Positions 46,455 through 56,052 of a stretch of DNA of 64,000 nucleotides are shown piece after piece. Position numbers and translations under genes: made by a program. Below the pieces are notes generated by a model, which saw only the letters and a list, made by a program, of their open reading frames with translations, was not told the DNA's origin and made no database searches. The stretch comes from a virus. Position 1 is the first letter of the stretch; each line of letters begins with the position of its first letter. The stretch lies in the IMG/VR virus record IMGVR_UViG_3300043409_002246, positions 11,415 to 75,414 of that record; one strand, given 5' to 3'.

Positions 46455-47707
46455 TCCATTGGAAAGTTGCCCGGGATGGTGTAAGGGCGCTCGGCGTAGG
46501 TCTTGGCCCATTTCAGGCTCAGGTCATACTCGGCGGTTTTCCCGTATTTCGGGTGCATGAAGAAAAGCCGTTGGCTTGGGTCCACGGGATTGAAGTTCTC
46601 AGCCAGTCCGTAATTGTCGAGGCCCGGGAACCCACCGTTAATTGTGACATCCCCGAGTGCGTGCGGTAGAACAATTCCCCGGTGCAAATGACCGGTGACG
46701 TAATAGTGCGGAGCCTGCCTTCCGTGCTTCCCGAACAGTTGAGTCTTGGTCGAAATCTCCCGCGCGATAGCGTGGTTTGGAATTCCCATCGCCTTATCGC
46801 CGCCGCGTAGGTGGTCCCCGTGTGCGGCGTGAAAGGTGAAGCCTTGAACCTCGAAGATGCTGAAGGGCTGGCAGTCGAGATCAAAGTTAATGTTAGGAAT
46901 GTCGTGGACCAAAGATTGAACCATCGCATAAAAGAACTGGTCGAGGTTGCTGAAACGGTTTTCGGTCGGCATCTTGCGCTGATTCATCCAGCGGGTGTGG
47001 TTGCCGACCACGGTTTTGATGCGGAGCTTCGGGAAGTGCGGCGCGAGATTGCGGAGGAACTGCGCGACCGCGTGGCTGGCGCCGTAGAACTGGCTGAACA
47101 ACGTAACGCGCTGGCCGGCTTCAACGCCGTGGTTCAGCGCGCCGTCGAGCATGTCGCCGAGCATCGCGATCACAAGCTCGCTGATCTCGGTCGTGGTGTG
47201 GTTCTCGCGGATGGAAATGACCGACTCTTCCAGATACTTCAGGCGCGCGAGGAACACGTCGAAATTGTAGTTGCCGAACCCGAGGGTCTGGTCCGGGCGA
47301 ATGTCCTTGCCGACGTGCGTGTCGGAAAACAGCAGCATCGCGCTCTGCGGCGTGCCGTGGTTGCGCGGGCGCAGCTTCGTGATGGCCGGCGCCGACTTAT
47401 ATGACTTCGGCGCTATGTCCTTGATCTCGCCCACCAGTTGCTCGACTACGGATTGCTCCTTGAGCGCCTTCTGGTATTTGGCGGAGAGTTCGTTGAACTT
47501 CACCCGCCACAAATCACCGGTCGCTCGTTCCTTGTCACCTTCGTAAGTGACCGGTGGCAAGCCATCAGTGACAAGCGATCCGAGCAGGCCGAGCCGCTTG
47601 CGGGCCTGCCATACCGTGCTCCGCGAGCGCCCAAGGGAGCGCGCCAACTCGGCGGTGTTCGCCCCCGAGCCAAGGGCATCAACTTCAGCATCAGTCCAGT
47701 TTTTCAT
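46451..47707 (-). CDS. calcineurin-like metallophosphoesterase/nuclease with N-terminal HTH
   Basis: SDTHVG, GDMLDG, GNH, HGD and GHLH motifs. Confidence 0.85.
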   Translation of the reverse strand: MKNWTDAEVDALGSGANTAELARSLGRSRSTVWQARKRLGLLGSLVTDGLPPVTYEGDKERATGDLWRVKFNELSAKYQKALKEQSVVEQLVGEIKDIAPKSYKSAPAITKLRPRNHGTPQSAMLLFSDTHVGKDIRPDQTLGFGNYNFDVFLARLKYLEESVISIRENHTTTEISELVIAMLGDMLDGALNHGVEAGQRVTLFSQFYGASHAVAQFLRNLAPHFPKLRIKTVVGNHTRWMNQRKMPTENRFSNLDQFFYAMVQSLVHDIPNINFDLDCQPFSIFEVQGFTFHAAHGDHLRGGDKAMGIPNHAIAREISTKTQLFGKHGRQAPHYYVTGHLHRGIVLPHALGDVTINGGFPGLDNYGLAENFNPVDPSQRLFFMHPKYGKTAEYDLSLKWAKTYAERPYTIPGNFPME

Positions 47708-48123
47708 TTCGATTTTCTCTTTCGTTTGGTGGTTGGTGGTTGTGCCATCATGGAAATAAGGTGAGCGACGTGGCGGTTCGCGTCCTCCTTGATTGCTACT
47801 GCGTTCTGCGCCTCAATGTCGAGGCGCTGATTCACGATCCGGGTGCCGGTCGCGACCTGCCGGTATTGCTCGCCGCAGAGCGCGGCGGCGTAGGAGTGGC
47901 CGTCAACTGGCTGGACTCCCCAGCGGGTGTCATCGTCGAGGATTTTTTCCAGCCGGTCGCACGCCTTGGTCAACGTGACTTCCAGCGTGGTCCGATGGTC
48001 GCCGTTCGCCGACGTGTCTTTGAAGTCGCCGGAATGAGTCAAAAACTGACTCGTCGTAGCGACTACGTGCAGGCAGTCCGCAATTTGATGCGAGGTAATC
48101 TCGCGATTGGTTCTCACGCTCAT
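47704..48123 (-). CDS. hypothetical protein
   Basis: ORF in the operon; stop overlaps the next start. Confidence 0.6.
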   Translation of the reverse strand: MSVRTNREITSHQIADCLHVVATTSQFLTHSGDFKDTSANGDHRTTLEVTLTKACDRLEKILDDDTRWGVQPVDGHSYAAALCGEQYRQVATGTRIVNQRLDIEAQNAVAIKEDANRHVAHLISMMAQPPTTKRKRKSK

Positions 48124-48128
48124 AATGT

Positions 48129-48623
48129 TCAAATCCCGAGTTCCTTCCGGGCGAGGGCCAGCAGATGCCTCGCGTCAACTTCGTTGTCGTCCATCGCGCG
48201 GAAGCCGTCGCCGGCCTCGTTCGCTACCATGATTCCGCCGGGCAGCGCCTTCGCCATGTCTTCCTTTTTGGCGTTGCCGAAGCCCGTGGCGAATTTCTTC
48301 AACGTGCCGACGGGCACCGCGACAAGGCGGACTTCCGGGTGAAGCAACGTCACAACGCAGCGCAGGCTCGCCCAAAGCTGTGCCTGATACTGCGTGCTCA
48401 AAAATTGAACGTCCTCGAAATAGACCACGTCCACGGGCAGGACCCCCCGGATGAAGGCTATGAGCCGGGCGGGTCGCATGTCACAACACCGATGAAGGTT
48501 CATCGCCTTTTGCGTGGCGATCTCCTTCGGCTTGGCCAGCGTCCACGTCCCGCCGGTGACAATGCCCTCGTCGAGCATGGCCCAACCTGTCTTCGTCCCG
48601 AGATCGAGCGCGAGGACTCTCAT
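48129..48623 (-). CDS. RuvC-like Holliday junction resolvase
   Basis: VLALDLGTKTGWA, FEDV, LKKFATG.GNAKKEDM, DDNEVDA. Confidence 0.85.
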   Translation of the reverse strand: MRVLALDLGTKTGWAMLDEGIVTGGTWTLAKPKEIATQKAMNLHRCCDMRPARLIAFIRGVLPVDVVYFEDVQFLSTQYQAQLWASLRCVVTLLHPEVRLVAVPVGTLKKFATGFGNAKKEDMAKALPGGIMVANEAGDGFRAMDDNEVDARHLLALARKELGI

Positions 48624-48895
48624 GCCACGTCCATGTAGCGGTGAATCGCTTCCTCGCGGACGCGGCACGCAAGCAGTTGTTGGTTTATGGTTCGCTGATT
48701 CGTCTCGTCGCCGACCTTTGTGCGCCGCAGCAGGCCGCGCAGGACGCGCGCTTGGCGGAGGGTTGCGTGCAGGCGCGACTTCACCTTCTTCAGGCTCAGG
48801 CGCGGCCAGAACATAAACACTTTCTTCTCGCCCTTGTTCACGCGAACCTTGGGCCAGTCGGAGTGTCGTTTCATTTTGATGTTTTTCGCATTCAT
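48620..48895 (-). CDS. hypothetical basic protein
   Basis: ORF overlapping the resolvase start. Confidence 0.55.
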   Translation of the reverse strand: MNAKNIKMKRHSDWPKVRVNKGEKKVFMFWPRLSLKKVKSRLHATLRQARVLRGLLRRTKVGDETNQRTINQQLLACRVREEAIHRYMDVA

Positions 48896-48900
48896 GGTTT

Positions 48901-48936
48901 TTTGTTTGTTTGTTTGTTTGTTTGTTTGTTTGTTTG
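48901..48936. repeat. perfect (TTTG)9 / (CAAA)9 simple repeat
   Basis: Counted directly; occupies nearly all of the gap between the sigma stop and the next start codon. Confidence 0.95.
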
Positions 48937-49635
48937 TCAGAGCAAATCGTGTTTCTGTGCCGCGAGCGCGCCGCGAAGTTTCCGCAGCGCCCGCATCCGC
49001 AGGTTGCCGACGGCCTGCCGCTTCACTTTCATCGCCTTCGCCGTCTCGGTCTGCGTTTTGCCGTCCAGTTCATGCCGGATGATCCGGCGTTCTGCCGTCG
49101 TCAGCATCCGCGCGGCGTGTAAAATGGACTCTCGTCTCACTGAGTTAAGTTGCCTGTTTTCATAGCCTTCGTCAACCTCTAATTTCATGTCCGCGTAATC
49201 CCGGTTCCACGTCGAACCGGTCAGGTGGGCGCGGCCCGTAACGACTGCGCCTTCCCCGTATTCGTCGTGATACGAAAATGCACTTTTTCCGAGGCGCTGG
49301 CCCTTCTTCAACGACTCGAAGACCTGCCCCCGGATGAACTTCCGCAGATACCCCGAGAAGCGCGGCCCGCGCGCCGGGTTGAAGCGCCGCGTCTTCAATG
49401 CCTGCATCAGTCCGAAGTTGCCGGCGCTGATGGCGTCGTCTTCGTCCAAGGCTCCCTTCGCGCAGGCGATGGCCGTCTTGGCGGTGAACTTCAGGTAGTG
49501 CCGTATGATCCGATTGCGCGCCCGCAGCGAGTTGCTGGTGCGGGAGTGGTAAACTTTGAACAGCGCCGCCTCGTCGTCACGGGAAAGCGGAGTGAAGGAG
49601 AGGTCGGTGGCTTCGGAGTAGTATGGCATAAACAT
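48937..49635 (-). CDS. sigma-70 family RNA polymerase sigma factor
   Basis: Region 2 (DAISAGNFGLMQA..FNPARG.RFSGY..IRG) and region 4 HTH (TQTETAKAM...RALRKLR). Confidence 0.85.
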   Translation of the reverse strand: MFMPYYSEATDLSFTPLSRDDEAALFKVYHSRTSNSLRARNRIIRHYLKFTAKTAIACAKGALDEDDAISAGNFGLMQALKTRRFNPARGPRFSGYLRKFIRGQVFESLKKGQRLGKSAFSYHDEYGEGAVVTGRAHLTGSTWNRDYADMKLEVDEGYENRQLNSVRRESILHAARMLTTAERRIIRHELDGKTQTETAKAMKVKRQAVGNLRMRALRKLRGALAAQKHDLL

Positions 49636-49641
49636 TGATTC

Positions 49642-49670
49642 AGATTACACGGAGTCGGTGGTGGTGTCAA
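49642..49670 (-). promoter_or_regulatory. class B promoter TTGACA-N12-CCGTG-TAATCT (sigma gene; leaderless)
   Basis: 17-nt spacer; 6 nt to ATG 49635. Confidence 0.75.
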
Positions 49671-51840
49671 CAATTACTTTGTTCAAGTCCCGGTGAATTT
49701 TCCAGTAGCGGCCCCGTCCTCTGTTCGGCGCAATGCCGCGCTCAATGCCCGGCGTCCCCTTGTGCATCAGGGTCGCCATCGCGCGGCCTACGGCGTCGCC
49801 GGTCTTCGCCTGCATCGCGCCCCGGCGGTTCGGGTCCATCGCAATCGCGATTTGAAGCTCGGTCGCGGAACCATGCCAGAACTCCGCTGTCGGGTTGTCG
49901 CGGAACCACTCCGCGTGCCAGATGGTCATAACCTCACGGAAGCCGGCGGACGAACTCGATTGCTCCGCGATCTCGAACAGGCTTTCGTCGGCGAAAGGCT
50001 TGATGCCGAACCTGCCGCCGGAAAGAAGGTGCGCGGGGATTTCAGTGTCAAGCAGCCAGCGACAGTAGAACGGAAGCTCGCGCTCGATGATCTCAGACAA
50101 GTTACCCGGGAACTCCCAGCACTTCTTTCCGACTGTCCGCAGGATGATCGTCTTGTCGAGGTTCGACAGGTCGAGGTCGGGCAGCATCCGCGCGCTCTCT
50201 TCGTCGGCGTTCATCGTCACCACGGCGCGGCCCAGCCAGACGGCCTTGCCGGCGGAGCGAAACTTCTCGTTGAAGTAGAACTCCCGGCTGGCGGCGATCT
50301 GTTTCAGGGCGGCGGAGAATTTTCGGCGCCCGGCGATGTCGGTTATGGCGTTGCTATCGTCGAGGACCCACAGCCCGGCGTTGAACAGTTCGGAGTTGAA
50401 GGACGTTTCGCCCATGAGCCACGGCGCCGCGTTGGCGGAGCCGCCGAAGACTTTGGCCATGACGGCAGTCACGAGAAAAGTTTTGCCAATCTCCACCGGC
50501 CCGGCGATGAACATTACCTGCCCGCTCTTCGGCGCCTGAATGAACGCGTTCTTGTAGGCCCACTTCATCCACGCTTGGAAAACGTCGCCTTGCTCCGGCG
50601 TGTAAATGTGCTCCAAGAAGAACGACAGCCACGGGAAATTTCCGTTCGGACCCCAAATCCCCGGGTCGGCGGAGGGCGCCATGACCCGCATCGTTGACGT
50701 GTTCAGCGTGCGCCGGCCTTCGATGATGTTGAACCCGGTGGGGAAGAAGATCGCGGGGACGGCCACGTCAACCCGGTTCGTGTTGCAGATGAAATCGAGC
50801 GTGCTGTTCAGGGATGAAATGGGCATGTCCTTGGAGGTCTTCGCCGAGACTCCCCGGTTGACGATCAGGTGCCGGGAGATTGTCCCCTCCGCTTCCGGTC
50901 GCCAAGCGCCATCGGTAAACCGACGGAAATAGTTTTTGCCGTCGTAGTATATGTCAGCCGCCGCCGCGCCGGCAGACTCCGCCTGATGCTTCTTGACGAA
51001 GTCCATCCCGAGCAGGTCAGCCCACGAGAAAAAGGTCTTGTGCGCGTTCTCGGAAAAGGTCCGCAGACCGTTCTCGTAAACCGTCGCCGACATTGGCGAC
51101 TTCGAGAGCGGGACCCAAAAGGTCGGGCCGTGAGCGCCCACCACGAACTCCCCCGGCCACTCTGCGAAGGTCGGATATTTTTCCGTCAGCGCCGGGATGA
51201 CTGACTCAATCGGGATTGACGCGCCGAACTCGCGCTGTGAAAACTCGAACTTGGCCATCGCCGCCGCCAGCCAGCCCTCCGTTACGTTGGCCGGGATGAA
51301 CTCCGATTTCAGTATCCGCCAGTCGCATCCGTTCGTCCAATAGCGTTCCGGGGCCTCCCACGCGGGTTGGTCGAAGCCGATGCCGCCGAGCGCCGGGTCG
51401 AAGCCGAACTCGGTGAACGTTTTCAAAAAGTGCGTCGCGAAGGAGAATGACGGCAGGCGGATGGCTTTCTCGAAGACCCACACAAAGCGCCAGTTGCCGG
51501 ACAGGGTGCGCTCGATCCAGTTTGGCGGCGTGCTGAGTTGACTGGCTGATTCCAGCATGGCAGGCTCCTTCGTCGCGTGATCGAAGTCGGCCACGAGGCC
51601 GTGCAGGAACAGTGGCGGGTTGCCTTCGCCTTCGGCCTTCGGCTTGGTGATGCGGAGGTTTACGTTGACCCCCTCGAACATGGAATAAACGTGGTGGTTC
51701 GTGCTCGGTCGGTTGATCCAAAGGTGTCGCTCCTTTTTGTCGAAGCGAACCTCTTCAGGAATGGGCGTGGCCGGCTTGAAATCCCAAGGCGCGATACCGG
51801 TTTTGATGGCGTGGTCGGAGAGTCGTTCGAGATAGATCAT
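49645..51840 (-). CDS. primase-helicase (prim-pol plus SF3-like helicase)
   Basis: ADFD in the N-terminal domain; GPVEIGKT Walker A; FNSEL...LDD; TMN. Confidence 0.75.
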   Translation of the reverse strand: MIYLERLSDHAIKTGIAPWDFKPATPIPEEVRFDKKERHLWINRPSTNHHVYSMFEGVNVNLRITKPKAEGEGNPPLFLHGLVADFDHATKEPAMLESASQLSTPPNWIERTLSGNWRFVWVFEKAIRLPSFSFATHFLKTFTEFGFDPALGGIGFDQPAWEAPERYWTNGCDWRILKSEFIPANVTEGWLAAAMAKFEFSQREFGASIPIESVIPALTEKYPTFAEWPGEFVVGAHGPTFWVPLSKSPMSATVYENGLRTFSENAHKTFFSWADLLGMDFVKKHQAESAGAAAADIYYDGKNYFRRFTDGAWRPEAEGTISRHLIVNRGVSAKTSKDMPISSLNSTLDFICNTNRVDVAVPAIFFPTGFNIIEGRRTLNTSTMRVMAPSADPGIWGPNGNFPWLSFFLEHIYTPEQGDVFQAWMKWAYKNAFIQAPKSGQVMFIAGPVEIGKTFLVTAVMAKVFGGSANAAPWLMGETSFNSELFNAGLWVLDDSNAITDIAGRRKFSAALKQIAASREFYFNEKFRSAGKAVWLGRAVVTMNADEESARMLPDLDLSNLDKTIILRTVGKKCWEFPGNLSEIIERELPFYCRWLLDTEIPAHLLSGGRFGIKPFADESLFEIAEQSSSSAGFREVMTIWHAEWFRDNPTAEFWHGSATELQIAIAMDPNRRGAMQAKTGDAVGRAMATLMHKGTPGIERGIAPNRGRGRYWKIHRDLNKVIVDTTTDSV

Positions 51841-51863
51841 AGGGGGAGCTTGTTCACGTAGTC

Positions 51864-51892
51864 AAGATGCGTAGTTTAGACAGGTTTGTCAA
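51864..51892 (-). promoter_or_regulatory. class A promoter TTGACA-N17-CATCTT (primase)
   Basis: Exact motif on the minus strand. Confidence 0.75.
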
Positions 51893-51895
51893 CCA

Positions 51896-53761
51896 TCATT
51901 CTCCGTAGCACGTTCCTTCTTTCCCCTCGGCTTCCACCGGAAGATCATTCCACCAGTCCGGCGACTTGGCCATTACGTGCTCCACATCAGCGACTTTCAC
52001 GTCGAGGTCTGTTTCCACAATCGCTTCGTCGTGAACGTGAAAAATAACATCGCCAATTTGCTTCTCAAGTTCCAACAAATGCGTTCCGAACACGTCGCGG
52101 GAGATCGCCTGCGTGATATTTTCCGAGAGCTTTCCGCCGTAGGACTCCTCGCGGTCAAGGCCGATTCCGCAAACATAGACCGTGCGCTTCTCGAATTTTC
52201 CGGTCTTGCTGTTCTTCTTGCTCCGCGTTTCGCAGCGGATGTCCCGGAAGTTCAGCGAGCGCCCCGAGGGCAGGTCCATCGAGAAGTTGCCGCCCACGGA
52301 GCGCCGGAAGGCCGCGTCGAGGGTCGCCCAAAACTCGGGGATGCCGGGAGTTCCGGAGCGGAATTTGTCCACAAGTTCCCGGCTGGTTTCCTCCGTCAAC
52401 GATATTCCGTAGCCGGCGGCAATCGAGATGAACTTCTCCCAGCCGCAGCCGTAGCCGAGGCCGAGCACTTGAATTTTGCTCAGTTTATACATGTCCGGGT
52501 TCTCCTTCTTGAGAACTCCGCCAGTCCAGCCGGAAGACGTTCGCGCAAAAGCTTCGTAGATGTTCATCCCCGACTTAATCAGGTCGAGCAGGGCCCGGTT
52601 GTCGGTGAGCTTTGCCAGCACGCGCGGCTCAATCTGCGCCAAGTCCGCCATGATGAACTTTTTGCCGGCGCGCGGAACCAGAATCTTCCGGATGTCGAGC
52701 GCGTAATCCGTCGCCTGTTCAACCCAAAGTTCCATGTCGTCGAAGGTCAACCCGGTCGGCGGGTCCACCATGTGCCGGTCCTTCAGGTAGAGCGGAACCT
52801 TGCGGAGGTTTTGCAGGTTGAACCCCGAGCCGCCGCCGGACCAGCGCCCGGTATGTCCCCCGAAGTAGAGCAGGGAAAAATCAATCGTGCCGTCCGGGCG
52901 CAGTCGCTCCTTCACCGTGTCGAGCGACGACAGCAGCTTGCCGAGGGAGCGCCACTGGCCGGCGCCATAGACCCACGGGAAGCGCGGCCCGTAAGTTGAC
53001 TCCCACAGGACGAACCCTTCTTCGTCGTGCGTCTTCACTGGCGGCGCGGGGATGCCGGCCATCGCGCATTGCTCCGCGATGGCAATCGGACTCGTCGGCT
53101 TGGCGCCGCGCGCAACCCACGGAAACGACTTGACCAGATTGTAAATAACCTCCTGCAAAACGGAGCGATACTCGTCGAGCAGTTCGGTGTTGATGGCGAC
53201 ACCCCGGGCGCACTGTTTCATCGTCAGGGATGAAAGGTCTTGCTCGAACTGCGACCACTTCGGCGAGTGGTCCGTCCAAAGGCGATGACACTCCACCACG
53301 TCGGAGATTGCGTAGTCTTGCAGGTCCTTGGCCTTTCCGTCGGCGATTGCCTGCGGCCAGTGCTTGCCCTTCATGTAGTCGCGCATTCCCTTACTCACGT
53401 TGCGACCGTAGAGCACTTTGATGGAGTCGGCGAGCGAGCGAACCGAGGCGGTATGCGACGACAAATTCGCCGTGCATTGCCACGGAAGCTCCGCGCGGAC
53501 CCACGGCGGAACCAGCCCGTCCTCGATCAGGCGGTCGGTGACGGAGCCGTCGAAGGCCGCATTGTGCGCGATGATACGGCTCCCCCGCAGCGCGTCCCAA
53601 TTAAATTCTTCCGGGTGCCCCACCCACTTTCGCTCGCCGTCGAAGATGGAGAGCATGTAGGGGTCGAACTCGGCGTCGTGGCAGTAGCGCCAGTTGCCGA
53701 GGTCGCGGATGGAGTAGTCCTTGGAGTAAAAGGTTTCGTAGTCGAGGGCGATTGTGTTCAT
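51896..53761 (-). CDS. DNA polymerase family A with 3'-5' exonuclease
   Basis: LDYET, AHNAAFD, HTGRWSG, DLAQIEPR (motif A), K...LGLGYG (motif B), HVHDE (motif C). Confidence 0.92.
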   Translation of the reverse strand: MNTIALDYETFYSKDYSIRDLGNWRYCHDAEFDPYMLSIFDGERKWVGHPEEFNWDALRGSRIIAHNAAFDGSVTDRLIEDGLVPPWVRAELPWQCTANLSSHTASVRSLADSIKVLYGRNVSKGMRDYMKGKHWPQAIADGKAKDLQDYAISDVVECHRLWTDHSPKWSQFEQDLSSLTMKQCARGVAINTELLDEYRSVLQEVIYNLVKSFPWVARGAKPTSPIAIAEQCAMAGIPAPPVKTHDEEGFVLWESTYGPRFPWVYGAGQWRSLGKLLSSLDTVKERLRPDGTIDFSLLYFGGHTGRWSGGGSGFNLQNLRKVPLYLKDRHMVDPPTGLTFDDMELWVEQATDYALDIRKILVPRAGKKFIMADLAQIEPRVLAKLTDNRALLDLIKSGMNIYEAFARTSSGWTGGVLKKENPDMYKLSKIQVLGLGYGCGWEKFISIAAGYGISLTEETSRELVDKFRSGTPGIPEFWATLDAAFRRSVGGNFSMDLPSGRSLNFRDIRCETRSKKNSKTGKFEKRTVYVCGIGLDREESYGGKLSENITQAISRDVFGTHLLELEKQIGDVIFHVHDEAIVETDLDVKVADVEHVMAKSPDWWNDLPVEAEGKEGTCYGE

Positions 53762-54069
53762 GTTTTTTTGGGGTCGCACGACTTGCCGCAGTTGTTGCAC
53801 ACGTAGTGCATCGTCGTGAGCCCGGCGACGTCCATCGTTGCCCCGCAGCATTGCGATCTCCGCCCGGGTCGGTAAATCGTCTTGCCCGGCGACTTGACGC
53901 GCGGGGACCACGCGATCTCGTCATAGTTGGCGAAATAGGCCCGGGTCAAACTCCGGGGACTGTCGCCCTTGCCGGCGTTCTTGCCGAAGCCACCCCGGTC
54001 GCTCTGCGCGAACGGGTCTTTGTCCATACCGCTTTTTACGTTGATGTTCATAGTTTTATTTCCGATCAC
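53758..54069 (-). CDS. small zinc-ribbon protein
   Basis: SQCCGA...YVCNNCGKSC; GTG lies 6 nt after the promoter. Confidence 0.6.
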   Translation of the reverse strand: MIGNKTMNINVKSGMDKDPFAQSDRGGFGKNAGKGDSPRSLTRAYFANYDEIAWSPRVKSPGKTIYRPGRRSQCCGATMDVAGLTTMHYVCNNCGKSCDPKKT

Positions 54070-54929
54070 TGTTCCAGATTACACGGGTTACGCAGGCTTG
54101 TCAAATCGCGAGCCAACATTTTTTTGGGGTATCCTAGGCCCTCACAAACGTCGGTGTCCAGCTTGGCGAGGTATCCGCAGGCCAGCGCATAGCGCAGGTC
54201 GGACGCCAGCGTGGTTCGCCACTTGTGCAGGTTGTTTACTACCGGGGACGAATACAGCATCACCCCGGTCGGGTCGCCGAATCGCCCGCGCAACGGAGGC
54301 CGGCTTCCGTAGTTCACCATCTCCGGCTCGAATCGAACTCCGAGGAACCGGCACAAGTCGGACACGGTTGCCTCGGGAGCCTTCACCAAATTCTCGTAGC
54401 GGACGACCGTCCCCTCCGACAGACTGTTGAGCAGCAGTTGCGGCGCGACGAACAGGTCGCGCTGATTGTGCGGATTGTCGAACTCCAAGTCGCCCCAAGT
54501 TTCAAGCATGGAAGCCAGAACTTCAAGCGGGTTGCGGAGCAGAAACACAAACTTAGCCGCCGGGAAAAATTGTCGAAGCTCCGGGATGATATGATAATAG
54601 CGTGGCGTCTTGTCGAGGAAGCATCGCTTGCCGGACGGCGCCAGCGCCGAGGTATAGAGATGGATCAACATGGCCCGGACAGCCCGGGAATAAACATTCG
54701 TCCCGTCAGGTATGTGGGAAAGAAAGTCATGGGTCGCCTCCGCGCCCGCGTCGCTGTTGTAGCTCCGGTTTCCGCCGCTTCGCAGGGCGAAGGCCGGCGC
54801 GAGCGCGATCCACGGCTCGGACATGGTGTGGATTTCGCAACTGCCGGCGAGCACGCGCTGAAGCATGGTCGAGCCAGAGCGCGGTTGCGACAGAATGAAG
54901 ATTAAGTTTTCTCCAAGGGGGCCAATCAT
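54066..54929 (-). CDS. PAPS-dependent sulfotransferase
   Basis: 5'-PSB IFILSQPRSGSTML, DKTPRY, 3'-PB LRNP...S, VRYENLV..PE. Confidence 0.88.
   Translation of the reverse strand: MIGPLGENLIFILSQPRSGSTMLQRVLAGSCEIHTMSEPWIALAPAFALRSGGNRSYNSDAGAEATHDFLSHIPDGTNVYSRAVRAMLIHLYTSALAPSGKRCFLDKTPRYYHIIPELRQFFPAAKFVFLLRNPLEVLASMLETWGDLEFDNPHNQRDLFVAPQLLLNSLSEGTVVRYENLVKAPEATVSDLCRFLGVRFEPEMVNYGSRPPLRGRFGDPTGVMLYSSPVVNNLHKWRTTLASDLRYALACGYLAKLDTDVCEGLGYPKKMLARDLTSLRNPCNLEQ
54076..54104 (-). promoter_or_regulatory. class B promoter TTGACA-N12-CCGTG-TAATCT
   Basis: 17-nt spacer; inside the 3' end of the sulfotransferase gene. Confidence 0.75.
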
Positions 54930-54942
54930 AGTTTTTGAAAAA

Positions 54943-55065
54943 TGGTCGAGAGGGTGAGAATCGAACTCACAGGCGGCTTCGCTCGTCAGCCTCGCCGGCC
55001 CTAAGAGCTAATCCGCTACCCGCCGCATCGCGGGCCCGGCTGTTCCATCCGCCGGCAACCTCTCG
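54943..55065 (-). ncRNA. 123-nt tRNA-like RNA with encoded CCA and non-canonical core
   Basis: Acceptor CGAGAGG/CCTCTCG plus A-CCA; T arm GTGAG-TTCGATT-CTCAC; D-like arm CCGGC-GGATGGAACA-GCCGG; no 7-nt anticodon loop. Confidence 0.8.
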
Positions 55066-55152
55066 TAAATAACCGGGCGCCGACCGGTTCGGCGCGGCGC
55101 CCGTTGGGTCCTTCCTCAGTGAAAAACAAGAGGTTTAGGGACCCGCACTTGT

Positions 55153-56052
55153 TCAGAACCCAAGGAGGTTCAGGAGCCCGTCGCGCAACTCAGGCGTGCT
55201 CGCGCCGTCCGCGTTCACGACCGGGATGTATGCGTAGTTCTCGCCGAACTTTTTCAGTTGGCTTTGGAACTTGAACCAGCCCGTGCGGTAGCCGTCCTTC
55301 AGGTGCCCGACTTTCCGCGCGCTCTTGATGTGCCGCGCGCCGTTGGTGTAGGCCGTGCCCTTCATGGTGTAGAGCGCCAGCGCGTAGTTCTTCCCGGCGA
55401 TGACGTTCGGAAACGCCGCCGCGTCGAGGCCGGCGAGTTGCTCAACCAGAATCATCGCCGTGGCGCTGCGCTGGTAGAGGGGGATTTTGCGGGACTTCGA
55501 CTCATTCCAGTCGAGGGAACCGCCGCTCTGGACGACTTCGGCTTCGGTGCGGTAGAAGTTGCCGCGACCGCCGCCTTCAACCTTCTCCACGAAGATCGTC
55601 GGCTGGAACCCGACCACGAGAATACGGCATTCCGTGGACTTCTCCATCGCCTTGCCGGCGGGGCACAGCACGAGTTGACCGTTCAGGACGACCGTCCCGG
55701 GAGGGAACACCGTCGAGAGTTCTCCGACTTTCTGGACGACTGAAAAACGCGGGAGCACGAGGTCCGTTGATTCGAGCGTTTCGTCGTCATAGAATGCCGC
55801 CGGCTTTCCAACGGGCATCGGTTGCGTGACGGCGACGGCGAGGCCGGCGTCGGACGTGACGACCATGACCGGAGTCGCGGTCGTCGCGGGGGTGGGTTCT
55901 GCCGCCACGGGGGCGGCAGGGGTCGCGGCGGGGGTTGGCGCGACGGGTTGAGCCGCTTCCACAACGGGGGCGGCGGGCGTTACCGCAGCCCCTTCAGGGT
56001 TGACGGCGGGTGCGGCAGGAGCCGCTTCGGTTTTGCTGAATGATACTTTCAT
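55153..56052 (-). CDS. putative ssDNA-binding protein
   Basis: Ala/Pro-rich N-terminus, DLVLPR..VVQ; between the nuclease and polymerase genes. Confidence 0.5.
   Translation of the reverse strand: MKVSFSKTEAAPAAPAVNPEGAAVTPAAPVVEAAQPVAPTPAATPAAPVAAEPTPATTATPVMVVTSDAGLAVAVTQPMPVGKPAAFYDDETLESTDLVLPRFSVVQKVGELSTVFPPGTVVLNGQLVLCPAGKAMEKSTECRILVVGFQPTIFVEKVEGGGRGNFYRTEAEVVQSGGSLDWNESKSRKIPLYQRSATAMILVEQLAGLDAAAFPNVIAGKNYALALYTMKGTAYTNGARHIKSARKVGHLKDGYRTGWFKFQSQLKKFGENYAYIPVVNADGASTPELRDGLLNLLGF

Noticed and set aside
54943-55065. Assigning a canonical tRNA isotype, tRNA-Sec or tmRNA
   Set aside because: No 7-nt anticodon loop on a stem (CTCTTAG has no flanking stem); the acceptor is 7 bp; no G3:U70 pair or tag ORF.
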